DNA from: Tubiluchus corallicola
Taxonomy: Eukaryota; Animalia; Priapulida
NCBI GenBank assembly: GCA_030141605.1
Contig: JAQGDQ010000543.1
Coordinates: 1 to 64,000 of the forward strand
DNA length: 64,000 nt
Direction: 5' to 3'
The translations under genes were made by a program, and so were the position numbers. This document shows positions 39,251 to 51,102 of the stretch, piece by piece (the stretch's first letter is position 1; the number at the start of each line of letters is the position of its first letter). The notes beneath the pieces were generated by a model. The model had not been told where the DNA came from. It worked only from the letters and a program-made list of their open reading frames with translations, and ran no database searches.

Positions 39251-39412
39251 TGTACAATTTTGCCCGATTGATTTGTCAAGATGTACAATTTTGCCCGATT
39301 GATTTGTCAAGATGTACAATTTTGCCCGATTGATTTGTCGAGATGTACAATTTTGCCCGATTGATTTGTCGAGATGTACAATTTTGCCCGATTGATTTGT
39401 CAAGATGTACAA
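39251..39412 (+). repeat. 31-bp minisatellite x5
   Basis: TGTACAATTTTGCCCGATTGATTTGTCAAGA. Confidence 0.9.
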
Positions 39413-39552
39413 ACTTTACCTGGTTAATTTGTCTCGAACAGATATCAAAATTTATTTACTACATAAAGTACAATCATACTGTTTTTGTACAGAACACTTA
39501 ACAGCACAACACATATACATAAACATTCAAATATATACGGAACTTACATATA

Positions 39553-40103
39553 CAGGGATGAGAATGACAAATTGCAAAAAACTCTGAAACAGGCCGGGGG
39601 TTTGGGAGCCATCTAGGTCCCCAATGGGGTTGAGAGGCAAAGCCCCCATGGGGGTTAAAGGTGGCAAAACCCCCTTGGAGCCAGCAACAAATTGCAATTT
39701 CCTGACCGTAGAGAGCCTCTAAGTGGACTTAAAATATCAATTACCTTGTTTCATTCATAATTTAAAATACCCAACTATCAAGGATACATGATACCTAATT
39801 GTCTCAAAAACGCCTAAGTACTGGCCGCTCCTATGCAAAAGTATATAAAAACTGTCTGCAATTGACTCAAATAACTCCGCACAATTGATTCTATATTTTT
39901 ATACATAGAGATACACACGTGGTTACACTGATGTACGTGATGTAAACAAAGTGACGGCCTGCCACCTAGCGGTCAGTTTGCGAAATAATGTACTGGGTCC
40001 CCGTAAAAATTTTCTCAACGAATTTACGCGATTTACAAAAATGGCACTACTGGTCTTCCAAAAACTCGGAATTCCGCGTATCCGCGGAAAATTCTCATCC
40101 CTG
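39553..40103. mobile_element. hAT-like MITE
   Basis: TIR CAGGGATGAGAAT/ATTCTCATCCCTG; degenerate 8-bp TSD TACATATA/CACATATG; inverted copy at 48125-48644. Confidence 0.82.
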
Positions 40104-40206
40104 CACATATGTGTAGAACACGAATGTTACAGTTTTATAAATAGACACTAAAGTAAAGTAATCTTAGCTATTTACAAAAATCCTTCTAGCCGATGGTCAC
40201 CAGAAT

Positions 40207-40457
40207 TTATAATTTTGGAGGCTTCACGTCCGGCTTCTCTTTAGCGTAGTACATCTCCAGCGGCTTGTTGACCTTCCAGTACTTTTTATTGACCAGCTCT
40301 AATGTCATGCTGCCGTTCAGCTGGACGTACTGACCGGGCGTGCTGGCGATGTATATCACGTACGAGGTGCCGGAATTCGGACCGTCCGAGCGATTCGGAA
40401 ACTCCTTCTTGTAGTCGAGAGCCAGTCGCATGGCGAGGTATTTGGACAGGTGATCGA
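40207..40457 (-). CDS. RNF2: RING1/RNF2 (Sce) last exon, RAWUL domain
   Basis: tacag|DHLSKYLAMRLALD...YVQLNGSMTLELVNKKYWKVNKPLEMYYA...KPPKL*. Confidence 0.95.
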
Positions 40458-40704
40458 CTGTAAATATAAGTTTGCTTGAGTTAGTTATGTTAACGATAAC
40501 GATAATTATCGTGTAGATAATACAGATTAAACATTTTGCATTTTCAACCACTTTGGCTACTAGCAGTATCCGTGTCAAGTCAACTCTTGCTCACTGCACC
40601 GATTGTTACGCACGTATAGTAAACTCTACAGCTGCAGCTTGAATCACTTCACAATGTTTTTATTATCACGATACGTTTGCACTATGGCGATATGCATATC
40701 GTAA

Positions 40705-41090
40705 TTTATTTTATTATTTATTTATTTTATTATTTATTATTATTATTATCACATTCAGTACAATATAATGACATTAAACACACAGTGACATCAAAATTAT
40801 TACATCTACTGTATTAAATTGTTATGTTTCATATACTATCGTTATCATAAAAGAATAATTGTACTGCAGTGGGCTAGAGAAGCAAAGGCTTGTATAAGCC
40901 CACTGTCGTGTGAACCCGATAAAAAAAGAATGGATGAGTGAACAAAAAAAGAACTGGGAGAAAGGTTAGATCACACAGGAAGGGTAGAAGGATGTGTTAG
41001 TGGAAATGGTAGGAAGAAAGATAATAGATTGCGCTATGATGACATCAACTCTAAAGATTTATCAATGATGCTTTGTTTTGCATAATCTGT
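40705..41090 (-). mobile_element. Probable LINE 3' UTR remnant
   Basis: A-rich tail on the minus strand, stem-loop CAGTGGGCT...AGCCCACTG at 40867-40905. Confidence 0.5.
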
Positions 41091-41856
41091 ACCAGGTAAG
41101 ATGCACTAATAAAAGACAACGATGCATAGATACGTCCACGTATCGTACAGGCCTAGTAACTATCCGTACATTATAATTTTATTCCTTGCGAACGGAAAAT
41201 TATATTTGGCCTTTTAGAAATGATAAAAACCCAAACCATTACGGAAATAAACAAGCGAATTCTATTCACTCGAGTAACGACATTTATTATCGTCACAAAC
41301 GATGAGCAAATCGCGGTGACAAAGTCTAAAAAACGTGCGGAAATATCCAATGAAAACGAAAGGCTTGTGCCCAACCATTAAAGTGTAAATAACCTCACAG
41401 ACATGAAGTTTTTTTAACGCATTATTATGATTACACAAAGAATTCACAATTATTGTTGAACATAAGAAACTTATGTTTCTGGCAAATTTCAAACGCGTGC
41501 ATCCGCCGTAAAGATCGCCATGTTTCACGTCTCTGGCGCGAGTGAGCGAGAATGACGCACGAGGTACAGAAAGCGCCTTTGGTTACCGATGTTTGTTTGC
41601 TGATCTTTGGCGCCCTCGTGACTGCACTCATGACGTCATTCATCTCGCGCAAAAAATGGCGGTTCTTCAAATTTAATACCGCTAACAACGAAGTGATAAA
41701 AAAATCAAAAGAAGCAAGATTTACAAAAAGTTTATAATAAAATAAATTGAATATTCGTACTGAGAGTTGGATTTTAAGTTGTAAAAGCTCATATTATAGT
41801 GACTTCAACGAGTAAATTACACTGAAACAGTAAGGACAGTAATATGTAAAACTTAC

Positions 41857-41964
41857 TTGATGCATTGGCCGTAGTCTTTATGTAACGGGTAGAGTTATCA
41901 GTGGTGCTGCACTCTGTTGGATGACATTTGAAGATCAGTTCTATTTCAGCTGGTGGAGGTGGAG
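41857..41964 (-). CDS. RNF2: RING1/RNF2 exon 3 (RAWUL start)
   Basis: ttacag|PPPPAEIELIFKCHPTE...TRYIKTTANAS|gtaagt. Confidence 0.93.
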
Positions 41965-41966
41965 CT

Positions 41967-43935
41967 GTAAAGATACCAACACACGAATCGAGTAAAGATA
42001 GCAACACAAGAATCGAGTTAAGATAGCAACATGCGAATCGAGTAAAGATAGCAACACAAGAATCGAGTAAAGACAGCAACATACGAATCAAGTAAAGATA
42101 GCAACACACGAATCAAGTAAAGATAGCAACACACGAATCAAGTAAAGATAGCAACACAAGAATCGAGTAAAGACAGCAACATACGAATCAAGTAAAGACA
42201 GCAACATACGAATCAAGTAAAGACAGCAACACAAGAATCAAGTAAAGACAGCAACATACGAATCAAGTAAAGACAGCAACATACGAATCAAGTAAAGATA
42301 GCAACACACGAATCAAGTAAAGATAGCAACACACGAATCAAGTAAAGACAGCAACACAAGAATCGAGTAAAGACAGCAACATACGAATCAAGTAAAGACA
42401 GCAACATACGAATCAAGTAAAGATAGCAACACACGAATCAAGTAAAGATAGCAAGACACGAGTCAAGTAAAGATAGCAAGACACGAGTCAAGTAAAGATA
42501 CCAACACATGAATCAAGTAAAGATAGCAACACACGAATCAAGTAAAGATAGCAACACACAAATCAATTAAAGATAGCAACACGAATCAAGTAAAGACACC
42601 AACACATGAATCAAGTAAAGATAGCAACACACGAATCAAGTAAAGATAGCAACACACAAATCAAGTAAAGATAGCAACACACGAATCAAGTAAAGATAGC
42701 AACACACGAATCAAGTAAACACAGCAACATACGAATCAAGTAAATATACCAACACAAGAATCAAGTAAAGACAGCAACATACGAATCAAGTAAAGACAGC
42801 AACATACGAATCAAGTAAACACAGCAACATACGAATCAAGTAAAGATACCAACACATGAATCAAGTAAAGATAGCAACACACGAATCAAGTAAAGATAGC
42901 AACACACAAATCAAGTAAAGACAGCAACACACAAATCAAGTAAAGATAGCAACACACGAATCAAGTAAAGATAGCAACACACGAATCAAGTAAACACAGC
43001 AACATACGAATCAAGTAAAGATACCAACACAAGAATCAAGTAAAGACAGCAACACACGAATCAAGTAAAGATAGCAACACACAAATCAAGTAAAGATACC
43101 AACACAAGAATCAAGTAAAGATAGCAACACACAAATCAAGTAAAGATAGCAACATACGAATCAAGTAAAGATAGCAACATACGAATCAAGTAAAGATAGC
43201 AACACACGAATCAAGTAAAGATAGCAACACACAAATCAATTTAAGATAGCAACACGAATCAAGTAAAGACACCAACACATGAATCAAGTAAAGATAGCAA
43301 CACACGAATCAAGTAAAGATAGCAACACACAAATCAAGTAAAGATAGCAACACACGAATCAAGTAAAGATAGCAACACACGAATCAAGTAAACACAGCAA
43401 CATACGAATCAAGTAAATATACCAACACAAGAATCAAGTAAAGACAGCAACATACGAATCAAGTAAAGACAGCAACATACGAATCAAGTAAACACAGCAA
43501 CATACGAATCAAGTAAAGATACCAACACATGAATCAAGTAAAGATAGCAACACACGAATCAAGTAAAGATAGCAACACACAAATCAAGTAAAGACAGCAA
43601 CACACAAATCAAGTAAAGATAGCAACACACGAATCAAGTAAAGATAGCAACACACGAATCAAGTAAACACAGCAACATACGAATCAAGTAAAGATACCAA
43701 CACAAGAATCAAGTAAAGACAGCAACACACGAATCAAGTAAAGATAGCAACACACAAATCAAGTAAAGATACCAACACAAGAATCAAGTAAAGATAGCAA
43801 CACACGAATCAAGTAAGGATACCAACACAAGAATCAAGTAAAGACAGCAACACACGAATCAAGTAAAGATAGCAACACAAGAATCAAGTGAAGACAGCAA
43901 CACATAAATCAAGTAAAGGTAGCAACACATGAATG
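41967..43935 (-). repeat. 25-bp minisatellite, ~79 units, with a ~673-bp higher-order duplication
   Basis: + strand unit GAATCAAGTAAAGATAGCAACACAC; diagnostic variant AATCAATT..AGATAGCAACACGAATC at 42561 and 43234. Confidence 0.95.
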
Positions 43936-44132
43936 AGGAACAAGTATAATGCTGGCTAGTGATACAAGACAAAATCATATATAAAACACAGCAAAACAGA
44001 CAGCACTTTTGCTCTTAGTCAAATAAATGCTTACACAGCAGATAATAAAAACACAGCATTTAATAATTCTAAATTTATAAACATTTGGAAAAATCATTGA
44101 CACCCTTGAAAAGAGAGGATTCAAATGTTTAG

Positions 44133-44440
44133 TTCACTTGGACAACAACATTCACAGCGTAGCACAGTCAACGTATAAAAACCAACATTCACAGCATTGC
44201 ATAGTCAACATATAAAACCTCACTTGGACAACAACATTCACAGCGTTTCACAGTCAACGTATAACAACCAACATTCACAGCGTTGCACAGTCAACATATA
44301 AAACCTCACTTGGAAAACAACATTCACAGCGTTGCACAGACAACGTATAAAACCTCACTTGGACAACAACATTCACAGTGTTGCACAGTCAACGTATAAA
44401 ACCAACATTCACAGCGCTGCACAGTCAATGTATAAAACCT
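44133..44440. repeat. Minisatellite with mixed ~38/49-bp units
   Basis: AAAACC(TCACTTGGACAAC)AACATTCACAGCGTTGCACAGTCAACGTAT. Confidence 0.85.
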
Positions 44441-44659
44441 CGTTTGTACTTGGGATGAACCCAAGCAGGTCTATGCAACGAAGATGTTGTTGCTGTTCTT
44501 TTTCTAAACATTCATCAAAAGCGTCCTACAGGAATGTAAGAGGCAAATATTTGGATTGAACTGACATTATAAGCTATTCTGGGACACTTTCATTTCCTGC
44601 ATTTGCTTACTGTTTTATTTGTTCAATGACATTAGTATACATTCAGACATGTGCTTGCA

Positions 44660-45188
44660 TAGCAAAATCGTCAATAAATCAGCAATTAAGTTTTTTTAGT
44701 TATTCACATATCCTGAATCTTCATTTCATGAGGATCATTTTGATACCAAGTTCATCGCTGTATGTTATTTCTAAGCTGAGATAATCCACGTTGAAGTTGA
44801 GGTGCAGGCTACGCAGTGAAAAACATAATCTCGAGAAAATCACTGTTAAAGTCGGCCATTGTTTTTTGTCACGTTTCTACAAAACACCGTACTGATGTTG
44901 GTTGCTACGGACTTTGCAAGAACACATCAAAGTCATGCTTAAATCCAGTAGATGGCTGTTCCTGACGAAGATGTATGCTTGGCAAAAGAAAAAACCAGAA
45001 GCAAAATGGCTGCTTCCACAAGCTACTGATAATATGCTGCTAGAATATAAAAGTCCAATATATTTAGCATTTGTTTTAATAAAAAATAAAAAAAAAATTT
45101 ATCAGATTTTTGGTGCTTTCTGCTTTGAAGCACAATAAAGTATTTAACTATACCGACTTATGGATGGTTTTGATTTGCAAGCAACACG
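44660..45188. mobile_element. Copy of the 34615-35362 TIR element
   Basis: AGCAAAATCGTC...CCGACTTATGGATGGTTTTG. Confidence 0.78.
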
Positions 45189-45210
45189 TATAACAAATTC
45201 ACTAGGAAAC

Positions 45211-45443
45211 CTTTTTCCGGTTCGGTGTGCGAATGAGGAAAATCAGTGGTGCTGGCAGCTGCTGATCCGGTCGGAGCATCGGATCCGTCTTCGGAATCCA
45301 GCCGGCTTCGTTTGGCGGCGGGCTCCTGGTTAGGAGTGGGCGGATCTCCGCAGTTGCTGGCGTTTGAATTGTGTCCAGACTGAGACGCGACATCCTCCGG
45401 CAGTTTGGTACGAGTACGTTGCTGTCGATTTAAAGCTTGGACA
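45211..45443 (-). CDS. RNF2: RING1/RNF2 exon 2 (linker)
   Basis: tttag|VQALNRQQRTRTK...PAAKRSRLDSEDG...EPEK|gt; phases 2/1 match neighbours. Confidence 0.87.
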
Positions 45444-45516
45444 CTAAAAATATGCAAAAACTTGTTTTAAATTATACCGTTTACGCAGTAATAATTATCT
45501 AAAATGGTATTTATAA

Positions 45517-46110
45517 GTTATAAGTTTATTTATTTCCACTCTGCATCTAACAGTTATAATAAAAATACAGATAATTTCACTGAAGTAAATATAAATATAA
45601 ATGCAATATTATCCACAAATTACAAAAGAGATTCTTATGCAGCATATACATGTTACATTACAGAATAATTTTGATGCATACAGTTTGAGCCTAAAAGCAT
45701 AGCTTGACAGGCCAAACTGTACGTGGAGATCTTAAAAAAGTGATTAATAATTGAAATAATGATAATATATACATAAAAGTGTGGGGGAGTAGTGAATGAA
45801 AGATGAAATGGAGCGAGAACTAAGAAAAACTGTGATCATGATTATAAAGTGTTCAGTAACCTGTTGAGCGTAGTCACGTTTTATTAAGATTACTGTGGAA
45901 AAAGAATGCACGTGATTACCATTATGATATTGTGTTACTCTTAATACTTTTGAAATATTTCTTTTCTGACTGTTTTTTTAAAGTTGAAAGGGAGCGACTA
46001 CATTTTGAATTGCGGCCTAGTCTATTCCATAGGACTGGTCCCGTATAGCTAATGAAATGTTTCGACATATTTGTTCTACAACGTCTTGACACAGTGAAAA
46101 AATTCTTTCA
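45517..46110 (-). mobile_element. LINE (CR1/L2-group-like) 3' end filling RING1 intron 1
   Basis: Minus strand encodes RTNMSKHFISYTGPVLWNRL; stem-loop ACAGTTTG...CAAACTGT; AATAAA and short repeat tail. Confidence 0.75.
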
Positions 46111-46146
46111 ATATTTTAAGAAAATAACAAACAGATGGCAATTTAC

Positions 46147-46580
46147 CGCATTCCTTCTTCGATGCTTGAAGACAGCGCTTGTGAGCTGTGAACTCGGCTC
46201 AATTTGGCCAGGACTCTTTCTTGATGAGCCTCATATTCGTCTCGGCTTGGATAAATTTTGGAAATTAATGCATCAAAGTTTGGATCCGGCCGCAGCGAAC
46301 GTTTGGACACCAACTTCTTTCTACATGTTGGACATTCCTTGTTTCCACTCCGCAGAGCCGTGATGATGCACTCTTGACAAAATCTGTGAAGACATTCTTT
46401 CGTCGTCATCGTGTTTTTTAACATATCTAGACATATCGGACACATAAGTTCACTATGCAGACTTCGAGGAGATACAGCAATTTCTGTATTGTCGGTGATT
46501 ACTTCTTGTGGTGTTCTATGTAATTCGTACAACGTTAATTCCCATGTTTTATTCGCTTGCGGTAAATCAGCGACGGCCAT
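46147..46580 (-). CDS. RNF2: RING1/RNF2 (Sce) exon 1, C3HC4 RING finger; PRC1 histone H2A ubiquitin ligase
   Basis: [16 protein letters not shown]...[88 protein letters not shown], near-identical to RING1A/B. Confidence 0.98.
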
Positions 46581-46938
46581 TTTGCTTGTTGTGCTATTCG
46601 GTTGTTTATTGGTACAACCAGGTGGCAGCAGGGTTTGGATACGAAAAACACGTGTGTGTGCGTGCCTCGCGGGTCGTGATTAGATTAATTTTCATCGAAA
46701 TTAAATTTTAGTAATGAATTTAAAATAAATGTTTAAGTTCCTTGTTGATCACTTTTCTTTTTGCATTGTTTTTTGACTGGTTTCTTGTAACAGGCGAAAG
46801 TAATTATTGCAGTTCTTATATAATCGCGTTTATAAAGGTTGTGAAATTGGCCTGCCTATATTTATTACTTTGTTTTTATGTTAGCTGATCTATCAAACAT
46901 CAGTGCATTATTGCTGTATTATTTTCTTGTTTTTACAG
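46581..46938. promoter_or_regulatory. Putative compact bidirectional promoter / 5' UTR region shared by RING1 and OGFOD3
   Basis: Divergent ATGs at 46580 (-) and 46955 (+); CTCF-like ACCAGGTGGCAGCA at ~46617; inferred from gene geometry only. Confidence 0.5.
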
Positions 46939-46954
46939 ACAATCTGAAACTTAT

Positions 46955-47070
46955 ATGATGGTTGCCAGGAAGAGAAAAGGGGAGGAGAAAGAGGATGTTC
47001 GTACGACTCAACAGAAAAATGATAATTCCAGTATACAAGCATCAACTGGAAACCTCGTGGACGTAGATCC
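46955..47070 (+). CDS. OGFOD3: OGFOD3 probable first coding exon
   Basis: Strong acceptor ttttacag at 46938, MMVARKRKGEEKEDVRTTQQK...VDVD then CC|gtaaat; phase 2 fits the 50135 exon; basic N-terminus as in OGFOD3. Confidence 0.62.
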
Positions 47071-48124
47071 GTAAATATTTTGCAAAATATCTTAAGTTGT
47101 ATTGACACTCACTTTCAAGATAGTCAGGCTCCAATATTTGAGTTACAGTCATACCTCCGTTTTCAAACGTTTCCGTACTCGTACAAATCGGTTTTCGACC
47201 AGAAAACTCAAGCTGAAATTGTCTCCGCTGTCGATAAGAATTTCGGTACTCGGCCAACTGCCAAACACATGATGAATGCATGTGCGGCGAGCCGAGTAGA
47301 GGCAAGTGTAACCGAACGCACCCAAAAGTAGTCACGCACAACATTTGAGTGGCCTAACATCACTAAATCCTTTCTCCGCTTTTTTCATGCAGGAATAATT
47401 ACGTTTTTCTTTTTAAGTAATTTTATTATGTTTTTCTTATCAATAATATCACATCTACTGTTTGAATAAACATTTTTGCATTATTATATTTCGTTTTAGT
47501 AATACTTTACAGTTCATTTGGTGCTTGAGAACGGATTATTTGCTTTTACATTATTTCTTATAGAAATAAATGATTCAGTACTCGACCAAATCGGTTTTCA
47601 AACACTTTTTAGGAACGAATTATGGTCGAAGACAGAGGTATGACTGCATTTTGAATCTGATCTTTGCAGATTTGGGGCAGGTGCACGGTGGCCGAGGGAT
47701 TGGTGTTCAGAGGTTCGAATCCTGCTCGTATCAGGATTTTTCGAGCCGTGTTTCAATTCTACAGGATTTTCTGGCTGCCTTACCGGATCTGTCTAGCGTC
47801 CACTCAGCTCGTGTTGTTTCGGATTCAAAACGTCAATAAATTTTCCTCCATAACCTCCACCAACTGCGACCATAACATGTCGTATTTGGTGGATTTCATC
47901 CGTCGTTCCCAGCGGAGCACACAGTAGAAAAGCGGTGCGACGATGCTTGTTTGGACACATCCTATTGGTGCTTGACGCTTGCTTGGACATTTTAATGACT
48001 ACTGTGACGACCTTGATCATGAGTTTCCTGTAGGTTAATCAAAAAGAGGCATGCTGCATTAGTTTTACATCTCCTAACAGAAGGGAGCTAGTATCGTAGT
48101 CAGTAAATGTATGGATGCTGATGG

Positions 48125-48644
48125 CAGGGATGAGAATTTTCCGCAGATACGCGGAATTTCGAGTTTTTGGAAGGCCAGTAATGCCATTTTTGTAAATCGC
48201 GTAAATTCGTTGAGAAATTTTTCACGGACCCAGTAGATTATTTCACAAGCTGGCCGCTAGATGGCAGGCCGTCACTTTGTTTACATCACGTACATCAGTG
48301 TAACCACGTGTATATCTCTATGTATAAAAATATAGAATCAATTGTGCGGAGTTATTTGAGTCAATTGCAGACAGTTTTTATATACTTTTGCATAGGAGCG
48401 GCCAGTACTTAGGCATTTTTGAGACAATTAGGTATCATGTATCCTTGATAGTTGGGTATTTTAAATTATGAATGAAACAAGGTAATTGATATTTTAAGTC
48501 CACTTAGAGGTTCTCTACGGTCACAAAATTGCAATTTGTTGCTGGTTCCAAGGGGGCTCCCTTGAACCCCATTGGGGGCCTAAGTGGCCCCCAAAACCCC
48601 CGGCCTGTTTCAGAGTTTTTTGCAGTTTGTCATTCTCATCCCGG
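48125..48644. mobile_element. hAT-like MITE, inverted copy of 39553-40103
   Basis: CAGGGATGAGAAT...ATTCTCATCCCGG; TSD GCTGATGG/GCTGATCG. Confidence 0.85.
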
Positions 48645-49069
48645 GCTGATCGGCCTAAGCGGATGTTAAAACTACGCGAGACCGTAGCGTTTCATGCACT
48701 CTATACAGTAGCACATCTGAAGAAAAAGATCAAATGGCAGATATTAGTAAAATAATAAGCCGAACGATTTAATCGTCGTCGAATTCGAAAGCGGAAAAGC
48801 AGCCGTTACCACCGTTGACGTGGTCCTGCAGTAGGATCGATCCACCCGTCAACTGGAGTGGAATTTATAGCTCTTTGGAGAGAGGTGAAACTGTGCCTCT
48901 CTTTTCAGAGTGCCTCTACCAGGATGAAGGGCTAATGAGCTAGTCAGTGGGACTGTTTTTTCTGTATCACCCTGTATTGTTAGACCGGGATATGTAAGGG
49001 ATTTTGCCTAGTGTTTTATGATTCTTACTGCTTGCGCAATTGTCAGTATTTTCATTAAATACGTGTTAA

Positions 49070-50062
49070 TGAGCTGTTTCACAGTTTCATTGAGCGCAGG
49101 TGCGGTTGCTGTAGGTCAAAGGTTAAGTGTGCCATAGCAACGCATCTTAAGTACAACCGCTACGGCACATGCTGGTAAAGCAAAGCCGCATGCTGCATCA
49201 GCTCAGTAATTTCGATTGTTTTACGTCGACTTTGCTTAACTATGCATTGGGCTGTATGCAGAAGCGTTTTTAACATCGGCGCTTTATCAATGCACACAAG
49301 GTTTCATGCTGGTAAAGCAAAGCTGTCTGCTGCATCAGTTCAGTCATTTCACTTGTTTTACGTCGACTTTACTTAGCTATGCATTGGGCTGTATGCAGAA
49401 GCGTTTTTAACATCAGTGCTTTATCAATGCACACAAAGCTTCATGCTGGTAAAGCAAAGCTGTCTGCTGCATCAGTTCAGCGATTTCATTTGTTTTACGT
49501 CGACTTTACTTAACTATGCATTGGGCTGTATGCAGAAGCATTTTTAACATCAATGCTTTATCAATGCACACAAGGTTTTATATTCAAGTCAAAACTGCCA
49601 ATTGGCATGCAATCATAATGAATTATCAAACTTAATCGGTCTTAGTAATCCACTATGTTGCAAATTGGATGACAAGGCATACTAATGCACCAAAAAAATA
49701 ATAAGCCTCTTCATAGTTTCGCTTTGCACATGCGCAATTGCTGCAGGCAATTGCAACCGTCGCGTGACGTGTAGACAAAGCAAACCCGTCTGCCACATCA
49801 GTTCAGTAATTTCAGTTGTTTTACGTGGACTTTACTACTTAACTATGCATTAGGCTGTGCATACGTTGATTTACTAGCGGGATCTTGCTTGGGAACCAAA
49901 AAAATGAACTAGGTAAGGTTCTAGCAAGCTGCTAAAACTGTTACTATTACCAATAGCATGGGTTGTGAGGCGTTGTCAAGTGTACGCAAATGCATTGTAT
50001 GGTACACTTAACCTTTGACCTTTTCGCGATCATCAACAATCGCTGGAATTGTGAAAAGGTTT
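49070..50062 (-). mobile_element. Inverted relative of the 9358-11010 element, with ~3 copies of the 137-bp unit
   Basis: Reverse-complement similarity across 9360-10300. Confidence 0.8.
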
Positions 50063-50134
50063 ATTGTATTTAGTGAGTAGAGGCGTTAAAAAAATCACGT
50101 AGCATTAGTCAACTTTTCTTTTTTTCGTATCTAG

Positions 50135-50328
50135 CAAAACTTATCTGCAAACTACGTTAAAGCACATATTCATCCGGTCGACTTTTCTTGTTGGAATTCT
50201 GGGTGTTGTGGTGTGGCTGAGCCTTAAGAAACCGGAACTCGTGGAATTTGTCCGGCAGGACGAAGTCGTCATCCGGAGGACGCACACGGTCAAATGTTTG
50301 TCAGATTATAACTACCAAAAGTACAAAG
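50135..50328 (+). CDS. OGFOD3: OGFOD3 exon with transmembrane anchor
   Basis: KTYLQTTLKHIFIRSTFLVGILGVVVWLSLKK...VKCLSDYNYQKYK|gtgcgc. Confidence 0.82.
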
Positions 50329-50339
50329 GTGCGCTCATT

Positions 50340-50858
50340 GTGCATTAGTTTAATTTGCTTAAAGGTCACATACAGCGCACTTTATGAATTAGTTTAATGT
50401 GCTTAAAGGTCATGCACAGCGCACTTATGAATTAGTTTAATTTGCTTAAAGGTCACGTACAGCACACTTTATGAATTAGTTTAATTTGCTTAAAGGTCAC
50501 GTACAGCGCACTTTATGAATTAGTTTAATTTGCTTAAAGGTCACGTACAGCACACTTATGAATTAGTTTAATTTGCTTAAAGGTCACGTACAGCACACTT
50601 TATGAATTAGTTTGATGTGCTTAAAGCTCACATACAGCGCACTTTATGAATTAGTTTAATTTGCTTAAAGGTCACATACAGTGCACTTTATGAATTAGTT
50701 TGATGTGCTTGAAGGTCACATACAGCGCACTTTATGAATTAGTTTAATGTGCTTGAAGGTCACGTACAGCGCACTTTATGAATTAGTTTAATGTGCTTGA
50801 AGGTCACGTACAGCGTACTTTATGAATTAGTTTAATGTGCTTGAAGGTCACACACAGT
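50340..50858 (+). repeat. 44-bp minisatellite, ~11.5 units, starting at the exon donor
   Basis: AAAGGTCACGTACAGCGCACTTTATGAATTAGTTTAATTTGCTT. Confidence 0.93.
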
Positions 50859-51026
50859 CTCTTTGGTTTAATAATAACTGTGAATTCTTTGTGTAATCAT
50901 AGAAGTGCATTAAAAGGCCTCACTGTTAGTTGGGCTTACGTAGGCCTTTAAGGTCCCCATGAAGCCAAAGGCCATAATTTGCCCTCTCTTTGTTTAGGTC
51001 AATCAAAAACGTAACTGATTTTTCAG

Positions 51027-51102
51027 GATGCGCTCCAAAAAGGTGCGGCAGAGCTGTGATGGACGGACTAGTCACTTCCAAAGAAGCAGAGAGTTTGCTC
51101 AG
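51027..51102 (+). CDS. OGFOD3: OGFOD3 exon
   Basis: GCAPKRCGRAVMDGLVTSKEAESLL|gtatag; conserved CxPxxCGR motif. Confidence 0.92.

Noticed and set aside
48663-48830. OGFOD3 first exon near the ATGs at ~48663/48734
   Set aside because: Both frames stop within ~30 codons without a good phase-2 donor; 46955-47070 fits better.
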